Positions 7,326-16,202 of a stretch of DNA of 32,000 bases are shown in pieces. Within the stretch, counting starts at the first letter, position 1. Each line of letters begins with the position of its first letter. Source of the stretch: Cylindrospermopsis raciborskii Cr2010 (GTDB lineage Bacteria; Cyanobacteriota; Cyanobacteriia; Cyanobacteriales; Nostocaceae); NCBI RefSeq assembly GCF_003367075.2, contig NZ_CP065936.1, forward strand, positions 90,001-122,000, written 5' to 3'. The notes under the pieces are model-generated. The model was not told where the DNA came from, ran no database searches, and worked only from the letters and a program-made list of their open reading frames with translations. Position numbers and translations under genes: made by a program.

Positions 7326-8552
7326 ATGGTAAATGACAGACAAAGGACAGAATCTGCAGATGTAAGTATGGAGGAATTTGGGCATTTATTGAAACGCTCA
7401 ATATTGATGACTGGACTAATCGTACTTGTGACAGGCTGCTCCAATTTAAACAGCAGAAATCTCACACCACAAAAAATCAACCCTCAAGTTGAATCAACCA
7501 CCAAGTCCAACACTGTGGTAGTAGCTGGTGGTGATCCTAATTTTATTGTTCAAGTAGTGCAAAAAGTGGGTAGTGCGGTTGTCCGTATTGACTCTGCCAG
7601 AACTGTTACCTCCCAAGTACCAGGAGAGTTTTCCGACCCATTCTTACGTAGATTTTTTGGTGATGCTCTTCCCCGACCAGAACAGAGGGTAGAAAGAGGT
7701 AGTGGTTCAGGATTTATCATTAATGCCTCCGGTCAAATTTTAACTAATTCCCACGTGGTAGACGGTGCGGATCAGGTAACAGTAACCCTGAAAGATGGGC
7801 GTAGTTTTGATGGTAAGGTGTTGGGGGAAGATGCAGTTACGGACGTGGCAGTTATACAAATTAATGCTCAAAATCTACCCACTTTAACTTTAGGTAATTC
7901 CAGTGACTTACAACCTGGAGAAGCAGTAATTGCTATTGGTAATCCCCTGGGTTTAAATAATACCGTAACTTCGGGCATCATCAGCGCCACAGATCGGTCT
8001 AGTACTGACATTGGTGCTAGCGATAAACGGGTAGATTACTTACAAACTGATGCAGCGATTAATCCAGGTAATTCCGGTGGTCCGCTTTTAAATGCTCGCG
8101 GAGAAGCTATAGGCATGAACACTGCGATTATTCAAGGTGCTCAAGGTTTAGGTTTTGCTATTCCCATTAACACGGTCAAAAAAATTGCCCAAGAATTAAT
8201 TGCCAATGGTCGCGTTGATCATCCTTATTTGGGAGTAGAAATGATCACCCTCACTCCTGAGATTAAAGATAGAATAGTTAGTAGATTTGGTGATAGAGTC
8301 AATATTATTACTGATAAAGGAGTATTCTTAGTTAGAATTGTTCCTCAATCACCAGCAGCGCGGGGAGGATTGAGAGCAGGGGATATAATTAAGAGTATTA
8401 ACAAACAATTAATTACTAAAGTTGAAGAAGTGCAAAAAATAGTAGAAAATAGTCAAATTGGAACTCCTCTGACAATAGAAGTGGAGCGTAATGGTACAAC
8501 TGTAAATTTAGCTGTTGAGCCAGGATCTTTACCGATAAGATCCCGAAGATAG
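7326..8552 (+). CDS. HtrA/DegP-family serine protease (HhoA/HhoB/HtrA type) with one PDZ domain
   Basis: Catalytic His (TNSHVV), Asp (TDVAVI) and Ser (GNSGGPLL) are present, with a C-terminal PDZ-like region (GGLRAGDIIKSIN). The N-terminus carries an LVTGC lipobox. Confidence 0.9.
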   Translation: MVNDRQRTESADVSMEEFGHLLKRSILMTGLIVLVTGCSNLNSRNLTPQKINPQVESTTKSNTVVVAGGDPNFIVQVVQKVGSAVVRIDSARTVTSQVPGEFSDPFLRRFFGDALPRPEQRVERGSGSGFIINASGQILTNSHVVDGADQVTVTLKDGRSFDGKVLGEDAVTDVAVIQINAQNLPTLTLGNSSDLQPGEAVIAIGNPLGLNNTVTSGIISATDRSSTDIGASDKRVDYLQTDAAINPGNSGGPLLNARGEAIGMNTAIIQGAQGLGFAIPINTVKKIAQELIANGRVDHPYLGVEMITLTPEIKDRIVSRFGDRVNIITDKGVFLVRIVPQSPAARGGLRAGDIIKSINKQLITKVEEVQKIVENSQIGTPLTIEVERNGTTVNLAVEPGSLPIRSRR

Positions 8553-8628
8553 TTTTCCAGCATGGGCTTAAATAACATGCTATACTACTGAGTAGAGTAA
8601 TTAATAGTAGGAAATAGGAAGTTAAAAT

Positions 8629-9156
8629 ATGACTGATAAATCATCAATTATTCAATTGGGCAATCCCCTATTGCGGCAAAAAGCTGCAGAAATTGAAGGG
8701 ATTAATGATCGGGAAATACAACAACTAATTGATCATTTAATAACCACAGTTGCCCAGGCCAATGGTGTGGGCATTGCTGCACCCCAAGTAGCCCAGTCAT
8801 TGCGCCTATTTATTGTAGCTTCCCGTCCCAATCCTAGATATCCCCATGCACCAGAAATGGAGCCAACGGCAATGATTAATCCTAAAATAGTTAGTTATGG
8901 GACGGAAATTACCAAAGGATGGGAAGGTTGTTTAAGTGTTCCAGGAATCAGAGGTTTAGTCCCCAGGTATGAAAGAATTCAAGTAGAATATACTGATAGA
9001 AATGGTAATTTTCAAAAACAGGAGTTAGTCAACTTCGTGGCAAGAATTTTTCAACATGAGTATGATCATTTAGAAGGTTTAGTATTTTTAGAGCGTGTGG
9101 AATCTCCCCAAGACCTCATTAGCGAAGCAGAATATCAATACAGAATAGCTAGGTAA
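8629..9156 (+). CDS. def: Peptide deformylase
   Basis: All three deformylase motifs are present: GVGIAAPQV, EGCLSVPG and QHEYDHLEG. Confidence 0.95.
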   Translation: MTDKSSIIQLGNPLLRQKAAEIEGINDREIQQLIDHLITTVAQANGVGIAAPQVAQSLRLFIVASRPNPRYPHAPEMEPTAMINPKIVSYGTEITKGWEGCLSVPGIRGLVPRYERIQVEYTDRNGNFQKQELVNFVARIFQHEYDHLEGLVFLERVESPQDLISEAEYQYRIAR

Positions 9157-9303
9157 TATGATAAATCATCATAAATATATATATTTTTTACTTTTACCTT
9201 ATACTGCTGAAACTATCTCCTTTAATAGAACTATTTAAACGGATGCCTAAGATCTAGCGTTTTTCAGCGTATGGCCCTATAATGGGGGTAGGGATTGTAA
9301 ACT

Positions 9304-9900
9304 TTGAAAAAAATGACTAATTTATTTAATAAATTTATCGGTAGAACACGTTACGTAGTTTCCCGTATATTTTTGCACCTGCATGGACAGGAAGTGGCAC
9401 CAATTTTAGGAGTCTTAAATGGGGCTGCTAGAGAAGCAATAGATGCTGAAGGTGATTTAAAATCACTAGGAGAGCAACTAGTCACAGTATGTGAAACCCT
9501 TTTGAGATATGACCAGTGCTGGGTTGCTGCTGGTAATGAGGGAGATGTATTCTGGAATGAGGGAGAAGCGGGTGACTATGTAAATGAATTATTTACTGAT
9601 TCCGCACAGAGATATGGAGCTGACCTTGATACTGGTTCCAGTCCAGGTCGGGCCCTATCTATTCCCGTTACCCGGAATGTGCTGGTAATGCTTACAGTTG
9701 CTTTTGAAGGTGAAGTGCCAGAAATAGAAACAAATCTGGCCCAGATTTCTTCCCTTAAAGCTGGATTAAAATCGCTAGTTAACTTACATTACCAAAATAA
9801 ACTTAGAGCCATTCAGGTTCATTTCTCCCCTGCACGTTTAGGCGATGAACTAACAGATGATCATTTGTTAGAATATTATCCAGAGTTGATTCCTCTCTAA
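9304..9900 (+). CDS. Conserved hypothetical protein (soluble, acidic)
   Basis: 198-aa ORF with a TTG start at 9304; ATG 9313 is an alternative. A TATAAT box at 9278-9283 lies just upstream. No motif recognised. Confidence 0.6.
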   Translation: MKKMTNLFNKFIGRTRYVVSRIFLHLHGQEVAPILGVLNGAAREAIDAEGDLKSLGEQLVTVCETLLRYDQCWVAAGNEGDVFWNEGEAGDYVNELFTDSAQRYGADLDTGSSPGRALSIPVTRNVLVMLTVAFEGEVPEIETNLAQISSLKAGLKSLVNLHYQNKLRAIQVHFSPARLGDELTDDHLLEYYPELIPL

Positions 9901-9965
9901 GTTTCTTGTTAACCTTGAGTTATTGGCAATCAAAAATAACACCCTGGAAAAATCAAATTATTCAA

Positions 9966-10826
9966 ATGGTCAAGACTATAATGCGTAGACTGACAATTGT
10001 TTGTTTAGCCCTAACCTTGTGCTTAACAACCATTGCTTGTGGGGGAGCTTCCCAAAATACCACCTATTCCAATGGTAGTCAAAGTGCAACCCCCACTAAA
10101 CTCAATGATGGACAGTATCAAGTACAACAGGTTACTTATAACGATGCCAATGGTGAGTATACCCTATTTTTACTAGGCAATCAACCACCAACTTTTGCTA
10201 CGGAGAAGTTGCAAATGGCTCGTTTAACTGACGAGGAAGTCAAAGAGGGCAAAAAAAGTTATTTAAAGGTGGAAAATGGACAACCAGCCTTATATATAAC
10301 CGAAGACTTTAAAATTGAGTATGTCCATAATGTTACTGAAACCAGAAGTAATCCTCAAACCGGACAGCAGGAAACGGTTTTTGTCCGTCAAGAGTCTAGT
10401 TTCTGGACTCCTTTCGCAGCTGCTGTAGCTGGTAATATAGCAGGTCAGGCCATTGGTAATATGTTATTCAGACCTCAGTACTACGTACCCCCCGTTTATC
10501 AACCCGGTGGTATTTATGGTCATGGTGGATATGGTTCTAGCTATAATGCAGCAGTTTCGAGTTATCAAAGTCGCTATAATCAACCACCTGCAGCTGTGAG
10601 AAATCGTGCAGTTTTCCGGACTACGGGATCTCTTAGATCAAATAGTGGATTGACAAATCGGACTAATACTGGTGGTAGAGCTACTGGATCTGGCTTTGGG
10701 GGTAGTAATCTCCGCTCATCGGGGGGGTCTAGCTCTCTGCGACGTAATTCTGGTAGTAGTTTTGGCAGTGGATCTCGTTCTTCTGGCATTCGGCGCTCGG
10801 GCGGTTTTGGTAGCAGAAGAAGATAA
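9966..10826 (+). CDS. Probable lipoprotein with a Gly/Ser/Arg-rich disordered C-terminal tail
   Basis: The track ORF starts at 9906. Internal starts at M 9966 or 9981 give a signal-peptide-like MRRLTIVCLALTLCLTTIAC|GG. The last ~90 aa are low complexity (GSGFGGSNLRSSGGSSSLRRNSGSSFGSGSRSSGIRRSGGFGSRRR). Confidence 0.6.
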   Translation: MVKTIMRRLTIVCLALTLCLTTIACGGASQNTTYSNGSQSATPTKLNDGQYQVQQVTYNDANGEYTLFLLGNQPPTFATEKLQMARLTDEEVKEGKKSYLKVENGQPALYITEDFKIEYVHNVTETRSNPQTGQQETVFVRQESSFWTPFAAAVAGNIAGQAIGNMLFRPQYYVPPVYQPGGIYGHGGYGSSYNAAVSSYQSRYNQPPAAVRNRAVFRTTGSLRSNSGLTNRTNTGGRATGSGFGGSNLRSSGGSSSLRRNSGSSFGSGSRSSGIRRSGGFGSRRR

Positions 10827-10860
10827 ATTAAGACCACAGCTCCTTTGACAACCGTACAAG

Positions 10861-10895
10861 AAGGGAATTGTCTAGGGCAATTCCCTTTATTCGGT
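10861..10895 (+). terminator. Rho-independent terminator after the lipoprotein gene
   Basis: AAGGGAATTG (10861-10870) pairs with CAATTCCCTT (10878-10887) around a 7-nt loop, followed by TATT. Confidence 0.65.
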
Positions 10896-10916
10896 ATATG
10901 GCCTAATCTCCCTTTT

Positions 10917-12257
10917 ATGAACACCCTATCTACTCGACAAATAGCATTTACTGCTCTCAGAGAAGTACACCGGGGAGCCTATGCTGATACTGCTATCGAT
11001 CGCACTTTACACAAGTTTAAGTTATCTGATCATGACCGACGATTAATGACAGAATTGGTCTACGGTAGTGTAAGGAGACAACGCAGCCTAGATGCAATAA
11101 TTGACCAAATTGCTGATAAAAAATCACCACAACAGCCAAGGGATCTGCGATGTATTTTGCATCTGGGTTTGTATCAACTGCGTTACCAACAAAAAATCCC
11201 CGTTTCCGCTGCTGTCAATACTACTGTACAACTGGCAAAAGAAAATGGCTTCCCTGGGTTAACTGGTTTTGTGAATGGTTTTTTACGCCAATATATACGT
11301 CTTTTAGAAAAGACCTCTGATCCCCTGATCCTCCCGGAAAATTTAGTAGAAAGACTAGGTATTTTATACAGCTTTCCTAATTGGGTAATTGAGGTTTGGT
11401 TATCACAGTTGGGCCAGGAAGAAACGGAAAAACTCTGTCAGTGGATGAATCAAACTCCCACGATTGATTTACGGGTAAATATTCTGCGAGCTTCCGTGGA
11501 AATGGTGGAATCAGTTTTTAAAAAGTCTGGTATTTTGCTCCATAGGATACCCCACTTACCCCAAGGGTTAAGGTTAGTTGGGCCTGCTGGACCAATTCAA
11601 AATTTACCAGGTTTCACTGAAGGATGGTGGTGCATACAAGATGCAGCGGCCCAGTTAGTTGGTCATTTGCTGGATCCTAGACCTGGTGAGGTGATCATTG
11701 ATGTTTGTGCCGCCCCCGGTGGAAAAACTACCCACATTGCCGAATTAATGGGCGATAACGGTAAAATATATGCCTGCGATCGCACTCCTTCTCGCTTACG
11801 TAAACTCACTGAAAATGCCCAACGTCTCCGTTTGCAATCTATTGAAATTTTTCCTGGAGACAGTCGTAATTTGACCAAATTTCACCATGTGGCTGACCGG
11901 GTACTGTTAGATGCTCCCTGTTCTGGTTTAGGGACCATGCATCGTCACGCTGATGCACGATGGCGACAAAACCCTAGCTCTGTAGGAGATCTTGCCCACA
12001 TACAAAAAGAACTCATATCCTATACTGCCAACTTTGTCAAGCCGGGAGGAGTTTTGGTGTATGCTACTTGCACCTTGCATCCCCAGGAGAACGAGGACCT
12101 AGTTAGAGAATTTTTGCATGTTAATCCCCAGTGGGAGGTGGAAAAGCCGAACTTTGATTTTCTGGATGTTTCCTCCCCTGGATGGTTAAAGCTGTGGCCA
12201 CACCAACAGAATATGGACGGTTTCTTCTTAGTGCGTTTAAGAAAAAACAAGGATTAG
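10917..12257 (+). CDS. rsmB: 16S rRNA (cytosine967-C5)-methyltransferase RsmB/Sun
   Basis: NusB-like N-terminal domain, SAM-binding motif DVCAAPGGKT, and catalytic Cys motifs DAPCSGLGT and YATCTL. The start is set at ATG 10917 because the 10845 start would overlap the upstream terminator hairpin. Confidence 0.9.
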   Translation: MNTLSTRQIAFTALREVHRGAYADTAIDRTLHKFKLSDHDRRLMTELVYGSVRRQRSLDAIIDQIADKKSPQQPRDLRCILHLGLYQLRYQQKIPVSAAVNTTVQLAKENGFPGLTGFVNGFLRQYIRLLEKTSDPLILPENLVERLGILYSFPNWVIEVWLSQLGQEETEKLCQWMNQTPTIDLRVNILRASVEMVESVFKKSGILLHRIPHLPQGLRLVGPAGPIQNLPGFTEGWWCIQDAAAQLVGHLLDPRPGEVIIDVCAAPGGKTTHIAELMGDNGKIYACDRTPSRLRKLTENAQRLRLQSIEIFPGDSRNLTKFHHVADRVLLDAPCSGLGTMHRHADARWRQNPSSVGDLAHIQKELISYTANFVKPGGVLVYATCTLHPQENEDLVREFLHVNPQWEVEKPNFDFLDVSSPGWLKLWPHQQNMDGFFLVRLRKNKD

Positions 12258-12320
12258 AGTTAAAATATGTCCAACCATTGTACCATTTAACCAGAGTCCG
12301 AATCTACTGGAGGAGGCAAA

Positions 12321-12743
12321 ATGGTTAATCATCCCGACGTAAAAAATCTAGTTAAAATTCTCATTGGTGCAGCTTGGATTGATGGTAGAATTCAGCCAGA
12401 GGAAAGACAATATCTCAGAGAGATAGCCCATTCTAAGGGTCTTTCTACTGATCCAGAAATCAAACCTTGGCTCTACGAGTTAGTTCAAGTTAAACCAGAT
12501 CAGTGCTATCAATGGGTAAGGGAGTATTTAGGCGATCGCCCTAGTTTGGAACAGTGTCAAGACTTAATTGAATCCATCAGTGGGCTAATCTACAGTGATG
12601 GTGAGGTTGCCACGGAAGAGGCTAAATTATTAACAAGAATACAGGATTTAGCTAAAAACTCGGATCATAATCAAACAATTTATACCTCCTTACTCAGGAA
12701 AATTCAAAAACTTTACCGTCGCTGGGTGGATGTACAAAATTAA
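12321..12743 (+). CDS. TerB-family protein (second paralog in the window)
   Basis: 140 aa with two TerB-type repeats (LIGAAWIDGRIQPEERQYL and LIYSDGEVATEEAKLL). Confidence 0.75.
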   Translation: MVNHPDVKNLVKILIGAAWIDGRIQPEERQYLREIAHSKGLSTDPEIKPWLYELVQVKPDQCYQWVREYLGDRPSLEQCQDLIESISGLIYSDGEVATEEAKLLTRIQDLAKNSDHNQTIYTSLLRKIQKLYRRWVDVQN

Positions 12744-12759
12744 GGCAAATTCGCCCAAA

Positions 12760-12793
12760 CTCTCTCCCAAAAGAGAGAGATTTGTCAGTTTTA
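12760..12793 (+). terminator. Rho-independent terminator
   Basis: CTCTCTC (12760-12766) pairs with GAGAGAG (12773-12779) around loop CCAAAA, followed by ATTTGTCAGTTTT. Confidence 0.6.
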
Positions 12794-12839
12794 CATTAAT
12801 ATTATTGTGGTTGACTCGACTCAGGAGTTCACTTAAACT

Positions 12840-15335
12840 ATGTCTGATAAGGAGAAATTACTCTTGCCAGTTGGTAATAATCAGAAAAACGAGAATCCCA
12901 CAGATGAAAAACCGCCCCTGACCATGCCACCAAAATTGAGGTTGTTAGTTGGGCATATTCAGCAACTATCATTGGTGGTGAGAGAGAAAATTGGGAGAAG
13001 TGAGAAGCCATTTTATCGGCGTGTTTGGTTCTGGGCGGGGTTAGGTTTAGGTACTACCATCATTGGTTTCAATTATGGTATTCGGAAAGTAGACAGTTCC
13101 TTACCAGACAAATCAGAACTTAATGCGATGATAAGGCAACAAACCCTCACCATTAAAGCTGGAGACAACACTGTTTTAATGCAGCAAGGAGAAGCGACAA
13201 GAGATCAGTTAAAGATACAACAGATTCCAGACAAATTGCAGTTAGCCTTTATTGCATCAGAAGATAGAAGATTTAGACGACATGATGGAGTAGACTTTCA
13301 GGGAATTGTTAGGGCTGTTATTAGTAACTTCCAGTCACAAAATGTTGTGCAAGGTGGTAGTACCATTACTCAACAACTGGCTAGAATTCTCTTTCTCAGT
13401 CAAGAGCGGACTCTGTGGCGCAAACTCAAGGAAGTGCGTTTAGCCCAGAAAATAGAAGAGGAACTGAGCAAACAAGAGATTTTAGAACGTTACCTCAACT
13501 TAGTTTATTTAGGTTCAGGTGCTTATGGAGTAGCAGATGCAAGCTGGGTATATTTTGGCAAAACAGTGGATCAGCTAAACCTTTCAGAAATGGCCACGAT
13601 CGCAGGTCTTGCTCCTGCACCCAATATTTACGCTCCTGACAAGAATCTCCCCGGAGCTATAGCCAGAAGAAATACGGTTTTACAAAGAATGGAGGAAGAT
13701 GGAGTAATTACACCCCAAGAAAAACAGTCTGCACTCCAACAAACATTGACAGTAAAGACTAATTTACCCAGACGGTTTCAAGTTACCGCACCCTATTTTT
13801 GCGCCTACGTGCAACAGCAGCTACCCAAGTACCTAAAACCTGATGTTTTAGCTGCGGGTGGATTGACTGTAGAAACTAGCTTAAATCCAAATTGGCAAAA
13901 ACTGGCAGAGAAGGTACTGGTAAGAACACTGAAAAACGAAGGAACCTGGGGGAGGTTTCGAGAGGGTGCCTTATTATCCATTAATCCTCGTAATGGGGAA
14001 ATTCAGGTCATGGTCGGGGGGAAAGATTTTGCGAAAACTCAGTTCAACCGAGTAACCCAAGCTCAAAGACAGCCAGGTTCAACATTTAAAACGTTTGTAT
14101 ATGCAGCTGCCATAGCCTCAGGGAAGAGTCCAAACGACACATATATGGATAGGCAAATTTCATTTAGAGGTTATGAACCCAAGAATTATAGCGAGAAATT
14201 CCGTGGTTTAATGACGATGCAAGACGCATTAGCTCTATCCATCAATACAATTTCGCTTCAGGTGCTAATAGATGTTGGCTATGAGCCAACTATTAAAATT
14301 GCCCAAGACATGGGGATTAAATCACCTTTAGAACATAACTACTCCTTAGCTCTTGGTTCTAATGAAGTTAACCTTTTAGAATTAACCAGTGCCTATGGTT
14401 CCTTTGCTACTCAAGGGTTACATACGGAAGCACACGCTATTCGTCGTATTCTTAATCGTCAGGGTAATGTAATTTGGAGTGCGAATTTCCAACCCAAAAG
14501 AGCCTTAGATACGGATAGCAGTCGTATTGTGACCAAGATGTTAACCAATGTGGTTACCAACGGTACTGGACGGGCCGCCCAATTACCAGGCAGGCCAGTA
14601 GCAGGGAAAACCGGTACATCTGATGAATCAAGAGATTTATGGTTTATTGGCTACATACCCCAAATGGTAACGGGAATTTGGCTAGGCAATGATAACAATC
14701 ACCCCACTCATGGTTCCAGTTCCACAGCTGCTTACACCTGGTCTAAATTCATGGGGGGAGCAGTAAAAGACCTGAAAGTGGAAAACTTTCCACGACCTTC
14801 CCGAGTGGCAAAGCGCAAACCCACAATCAAGGCCCAACCAATTTCTAAAAAAAATGCTGGCTTTAAAATTTCTAACCGTGATGATAACTCAGACTCTCAA
14901 GACAGTACTTTATCTACCAGGCAAAGTCGTAGAAGAGAGCGCAATTATGAGCAATTAGACCAAAATCAGGATACCTCTACTAGAAGAAGACGGCGTCGTC
15001 GCTACGATGTGCAGACTGTCCTACCTTCCACTGAGGAGAATACCACTTCTACTAGAAGAAGACGGCGTCGTCGCAATGACGTGCAGACTGTCCTACCTTC
15101 CACTGAGGAGAACACCACTTCTACTAGAAGAAGACGGCGTCGTCGCAATGACGTGCAGACTGTCCTACCTTCCACTGAGGAGAATACCACTTCTACTAGA
15201 AGAAGACGGCGTCGTCGCAATGACGTGCAGACCGTGCCATCCTCAACCGGGGAAAACAGAAATTCCGTCAATAATTCTCCCAATTCCCCAGCTAGACAAC
15301 CATCTTGGCGAGAACGACTCAAACCTGATTCTTAA
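12840..15335 (+). CDS. Class A penicillin-binding protein (bifunctional transglycosylase/transpeptidase, PBP1A type) with a repetitive Arg-rich C-terminal extension
   Basis: GT51 motifs EDRRFRRHDGVD and GGSTITQQLAR are present. Transpeptidase motifs are SxxK (GSTFKTF), SxN (LSINT) and KTGT. There is an N-terminal cytoplasmic segment and one TM helix (VWFWAGLGLGTTIIGF). Confidence 0.93.
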   Translation: MSDKEKLLLPVGNNQKNENPTDEKPPLTMPPKLRLLVGHIQQLSLVVREKIGRSEKPFYRRVWFWAGLGLGTTIIGFNYGIRKVDSSLPDKSELNAMIRQQTLTIKAGDNTVLMQQGEATRDQLKIQQIPDKLQLAFIASEDRRFRRHDGVDFQGIVRAVISNFQSQNVVQGGSTITQQLARILFLSQERTLWRKLKEVRLAQKIEEELSKQEILERYLNLVYLGSGAYGVADASWVYFGKTVDQLNLSEMATIAGLAPAPNIYAPDKNLPGAIARRNTVLQRMEEDGVITPQEKQSALQQTLTVKTNLPRRFQVTAPYFCAYVQQQLPKYLKPDVLAAGGLTVETSLNPNWQKLAEKVLVRTLKNEGTWGRFREGALLSINPRNGEIQVMVGGKDFAKTQFNRVTQAQRQPGSTFKTFVYAAAIASGKSPNDTYMDRQISFRGYEPKNYSEKFRGLMTMQDALALSINTISLQVLIDVGYEPTIKIAQDMGIKSPLEHNYSLALGSNEVNLLELTSAYGSFATQGLHTEAHAIRRILNRQGNVIWSANFQPKRALDTDSSRIVTKMLTNVVTNGTGRAAQLPGRPVAGKTGTSDESRDLWFIGYIPQMVTGIWLGNDNNHPTHGSSSTAAYTWSKFMGGAVKDLKVENFPRPSRVAKRKPTIKAQPISKKNAGFKISNRDDNSDSQDSTLSTRQSRRRERNYEQLDQNQDTSTRRRRRRRYDVQTVLPSTEENTTSTRRRRRRRNDVQTVLPSTEENTTSTRRRRRRRNDVQTVLPSTEENTTSTRRRRRRRNDVQTVPSSTGENRNSVNNSPNSPARQPSWRERLKPDS
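14976..15263 (+). repeat. 72-bp in-frame tandem repeat with four copies, the last one diverged
   Basis: Copies start at 14976, 15048, 15120 and 15192. Copies 2 and 3 differ at a single base (aac/aat). Each copy encodes the 24-aa unit STRRRRRRR(N/Y)DVQTVLPSTEENTT. Confidence 0.95.
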
Positions 15336-15410
15336 TATTTACTGAACTATGCCTATAATATGTGAGATTATAGTAAAGTCATATATTATAAGCAGTGGGA
15401 TAAAACACTC

Positions 15411-15605
15411 ATGAGTTTAATATTACTAGAAGCAGCGCCTGTGTCCACTGGAAATCAGTTTCCATTGGCCTTCACCTTAGTCTATGTGGTTGGCTTTGTT
15501 GCTGCAGTTACTATTGGTTCGATCGCCTGGTATAATTCCAAACGCCCCCCAGGTTGGGAAAGTAAGGATCGTCCTGATTTTCTTCCCAAGATTGATAAGG
15601 AATAA
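15411..15605 (+). CDS. Small single-pass membrane protein (64 aa)
   Basis: One hydrophobic helix (FPLAFTLVYVVGFVAAVTIGSIAW) followed by a charged tail. It ends 18 nt upstream of folK on the same strand. Confidence 0.55.
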   Translation: MSLILLEAAPVSTGNQFPLAFTLVYVVGFVAAVTIGSIAWYNSKRPPGWESKDRPDFLPKIDKE

Positions 15606-15623
15606 TCAAAACTGCTCAAAACC

Positions 15624-16145
15624 ATGGGGGGTACTCATAAAACTGCAATTGCCCTAGGCAGTAACCTGGGCGATTCAGCCAATATCTTATTAGCATGTTT
15701 AGACACATTATCTCAAACCCCAGGCTTAATTATAAAAGCTATATCTAGTTTTTATAAAACTAAAGCTGTGGGTCCATCTCAACCAGATTATTTAAATGCT
15801 TGTGCTATACTTGAGGTAACAATGTCACCTCAGAATCTATTAGCTATATTATTGGCAGTAGAACAAAAGTTCGGTCGCGTGCGCCTAGAACGTTGGGGAG
15901 CAAGAACCTTAGACTTGGACTTGTTAATGTATGATAATCTGATTTTAAATCAGTCTGACCTGGAAATCCCCCATCCGCGAATGTATGAACGAGGTTTTGT
16001 ACTAGTTCCCTTAGAAGAAATTGCTGGAGATTGGCAAGATCCCATATCTGGAATGACAATTAGGAATCTATTGAGAAATGTAGACCATTCTGATGTACAC
16101 TGGGTTAGTGGTCCAGCTGTGAAAATTATTATTCAAAGGCCCTGA
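15624..16145 (+). CDS. folK: 2-amino-4-hydroxy-6-hydroxymethyldihydropteridine diphosphokinase (HPPK)
   Basis: IALGSNLGD N-terminus, RWGARTLDLDLL, and the typical HPPK segment HPRMYERGFVLVPLEEI. Confidence 0.9.
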   Translation: MGGTHKTAIALGSNLGDSANILLACLDTLSQTPGLIIKAISSFYKTKAVGPSQPDYLNACAILEVTMSPQNLLAILLAVEQKFGRVRLERWGARTLDLDLLMYDNLILNQSDLEIPHPRMYERGFVLVPLEEIAGDWQDPISGMTIRNLLRNVDHSDVHWVSGPAVKIIIQRP

Positions 16146-16202
16146 TTGTACCACTTACTCCCCGTATGTATTCCTAGTAGTTGCCAAAATTAGAACTTTA
16201 TT

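Noticed and set aside
10845-10916. 5' extension of rsmB to the 10845 start given in the ORF track
   Set aside because: It would place codons across the upstream terminator hairpin (10861-10887). The conserved NusB-like N-terminus begins after M at 10917.
10580-10924. 114-aa minus-strand ORF (Pro/Arg-rich)
   Set aside because: It is the mirror image of the G/S/R low-complexity tail of the lipoprotein gene, and it spans the terminator hairpin and the rsmB start. There is no independent support.
12730-12921. 63-aa ORF spanning the TerB terminator and the PBP start
   Set aside because: It crosses a terminator hairpin and overlaps two well-supported genes in other frames.
14976-15263. Possibility that the 72-bp repeats are a CRISPR-like array
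   Set aside because: The copies are directly contiguous with no unique spacers. They are in frame with, and inside, a long CDS. No cas genes are present.
15002-15345. ORFs 15002..15322 (-) and 15007..15345 (+), each with a repetitive peptide
   Set aside because: They are alternative-frame and opposite-strand readings of the 72-bp tandem repeat inside the PBP gene. Their length is a by-product of the repeat lacking stops. The PBP frame is continuous with recognisable catalytic domains.
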